Of a stretch of DNA of 64,000 bases, positions 61,473 through 64,000 are shown piece after piece (position 1 is the first letter of the stretch; each line of letters opens with the position of its first letter). Location: positions 558,001 to 622,000 of the forward strand of contig BQFW01000002.1 in the NCBI GenBank assembly GCA_020891255.1, in the 5' to 3' direction. The translations under genes were made by a program, and so were the position numbers. The notes beneath the pieces are model-generated. The model saw only the letters and a program-made list of their open reading frames with translations, made no database searches and was not told the DNA's origin. This DNA is from Entomortierella parvispora E1425 (taxonomy: Eukaryota; Fungi; Mortierellomycota).

Positions 61473-64000
61473 CTACCAGAGATCGCACTTGCTGTCGGGG
61501 TTCATGGGTGACCTCTCCACGCACTTGAAGACTTCCGCAAAGTGCGCAGAGTTTTGGACCGCACCGTTGACACGCCACTTGGCAGGGGCATGGGGGTCAG
61601 TTCTCAACTAATGTGATTTTTTTTTTAAAAAAAAGAAAGAGTTTCTGGTTGTTATTATCCCAAACGCCGAAACTGTTCCCTGTGAAAGACATGAAATACA
61701 AAAGGTCGGCGGTTCAACTTACGCCTTCTATCGCAGAGGCAGGGCGGCGGTTGGAGCACCAGACACGGGCAAAGGACATATAGTAGAGCTGTTCACGAGA
61801 GTAGTCCTCTAGACCGGAAAGAAGATGATTCTTGTATTTGTTGCCATGAGGATCCGACTTGAATCGCGCCTGCCATGCCTCGAATGCCTTTTTCAATCTA
61901 TTGCGCCATGTTTTCAGGATTAAGGTGTCCACAGGTCAGAACGTTGCTACAGTTTGGAAACAGAAAAGAAGAAAAAAAAAGAAAAATACAATGAAAGAAA
62001 ACGTACCCTCCATTATCAGCAAGGTTCTCGCCCAAGGTCAATCGTCCGTTGACGTGGTTCTCGCGTCCTTGAGGGTCCTTGACAGTAAAGTTGCCATACT
62101 GATCCACAAAGCATTGAGATTTGGCCTTGAACTCTTCCAGAGTCTGTTTCGACCACCACTATTGGAGTAAAATGGTTGCAACTTGATGTTAGACGCTGTA
62201 ATCTCTGTCTCGTCAATGGCATTTTGATCGCTCAAGCTTTGAAGACTTCTATTCATACATCCGAAAGCTTTCCGTGTGCATCATACTGTCTTCCTTCGTC
62301 ATCGAAAGCATGCTAAGACAAGGAGATAAACAAAGATGTCAGCCTTCCCAGATCACTTCAAAAACCCCCTTTTTTTTTTCTTCAAAGCACGAGAAACAGA
62401 CATACCGTAAGCTCATGACCAGCCACAACACCAATGCCTCCGTAGTTCAGGTACTCTGGGCTTTCGGAATGGAAGAATGGCTGCTGCAAGATACCGGCCG
62501 GGAACACAATCTCGTTCACGGGAGGGTTATAGTAGGCGTTCACGGTTTGAGGACTCATCAGCCACTTGGCCTTATCCACAGGCTTGTCCAGATCCTTGAA
62601 CACCCGATCGATCCTCCAACTCCTGGCTCTGACCTGGTTTCCAAAGTAATCCTGCTTGTCGACGCCCAAATCCTTGAAGTAATCCTCCAATGATTCTGGC
62701 GACCGGACATCAGGCGACTCGACCGAGTATCCAATCTTTTGAATCAACAGATTCACCTTCTCGGTGGCATTCAACAAAGTCTCGTGGTCCAGCCAATCCA
62801 AATGAGAAAGACCCTTCAAGAACGAGGACCTCAAGGAGGTGATGATACCGTCGGCCATCTCCTTGCTGTCACCCTTGAATGTCTTTTCAATGAAATAATG
62901 TCCTGCCATCGCTCCCAAGGACTTGTCTACATCGCTCACACAAGTCTCCCAGCGAGGCGTGATCTGATCTGCAGAGACTCCTTGCAGTGCAGCCTTGAGC
63001 TGCTGCAACGGCTTACGGAACTCTACTCCAAGATCCGAGGATAGCGCCTGGATCAGACGCCAGGCAAAATAGTTCTGAAGAGTCATCACGGGAGTGTCCT
63101 TGAGCAGCGCATTCAGCTTCTCAAAGTACTCTGGCGATGAAATGATAATGGGCTCAGGGACGGCAGCGCCGGCGCCAAATAGTTTTTCAATCACCACAGT
63201 CCAGTCGATGGCTGGCAGGATATCCGCGATCTCGGCCAAGGTCCTCGGATTATAAGTCAATTCCGGGTTGCTAAGATCTTCCCTGTCGGAAGAGATGGCA
63301 GCCAAGAGCTTCTCAAACTCGACCACGTTCTTGGCCACCTCGGCCCAAAGGATCGGCTTTGTGATGGTCTCTGGCTCCAGAACGCCATCGTGGTTCTTGT
63401 CCTTGCCTTTGCCCATGACAATCGTAAACATTTCCTCAACGGTCGTTTGATAGATCCCGACAATCTTTTCTTCCGTGTAGTACTCCTTGGAGGGCAATCC
63501 CAGCCCACTTTCTTCCATTCGGAAAACATTCACGTCTGGGTTCTTTGGGTCCGCATCCACATCAAATTCGACCATGGTGGTGACCTCCAGCCAAGCAAGC
63601 TGTGCGATAGCGTGCGCAAGCTCTTCGCGTTCAGCTTGGACCATCAAAGCCTCCTGCTTTTTTTGTTCCTCAACGGGGTCTGCGCGCTTATTGATCTCAT
63701 CGCCCAAGAACGTGTCCACAGGCTCTGGAATAGTGTGCAAGTGGTCTTTGAGATCCGCAGCCACAGGCACGTGGAACTGTGCCTGGGCCTTTGGTGCTCC
63801 TGGGGCCTCTTCCTTGTCCAGCTCGGCCTCTTTCTTGTTCTGCTCCTGCATCTCCAGCCTCAAGATCGATGGTGGCTTGCCTCTAGAGTTCAGCCATTTC
63901 AAATTATCCATGGCGTCCTCCAGTGTGCTTTCGGACTGGGTATCGAGGACACTGTTGGGGGCAGGGAAGGTTTTGATCATCTTTTGAACGAGATCCGCCA
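61473..64000 (-). CDS. M13 metallopeptidase (neprilysin/endothelin-converting enzyme-like); 5' end beyond window
   Basis: VNAYYNPPVNEIVFPAGILQ, GGIGVVAGHELT|HAFDDEGR (HExxH), TLGENLADNGG (ExxxD), DPHAPAKWRVNG, C...PMNP..KC.LW* with TAG at 61473-61475. Confidence 0.96.

Overview
Eukaryotic (fungal) nuclear DNA. Short GT-AG introns, long poly-A/T runs between genes, an intronless F-box/LRR gene and retention of Rab18 point to an early-diverging, Mortierellaceae-like Mucoromycota fungus (inference). I can support about 23 protein-coding genes plus one possible decayed gene. Recognisable genes: TRM13, GID2/RMD5, DHA2 MFS transporter, Cid1-family nucleotidyltransferase, Bni4/Phactr-like PP1 regulator, CreC/WDR20, peroxisomal 4CL-like ligase, Cys-rich GPI protein, CSN3, Rab18, actin, promethin/LDAF1, YOR1-like ABCC, SCJ1-like DnaJ and a neprilysin (M13). 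I found no rRNA, tRNA, CRISPR array or transposon by eye. The most unusual items are: (i) an intronless Arf-fold pseudo-GTPase with G1-G5 all degenerate and a ~230-aa interswitch insertion; (ii) an Rsc7/Swp82 domain fused to an MLL/KMT2-like triple-PHD cassette; (iii) a secreted, dibasic-site-punctuated precursor with an alternating V/I/L-x beta pattern, next to a second small secreted precursor, an ER DnaJ and an M13 peptidase; (iv) a Cid1-like enzyme with Leu at the UTP-selecting His position; (v) actin with a probable 4-nt ATG micro-exon and a C285G change. Exon boundaries were read by hand and family assignments are from motif recognition, not database searches.
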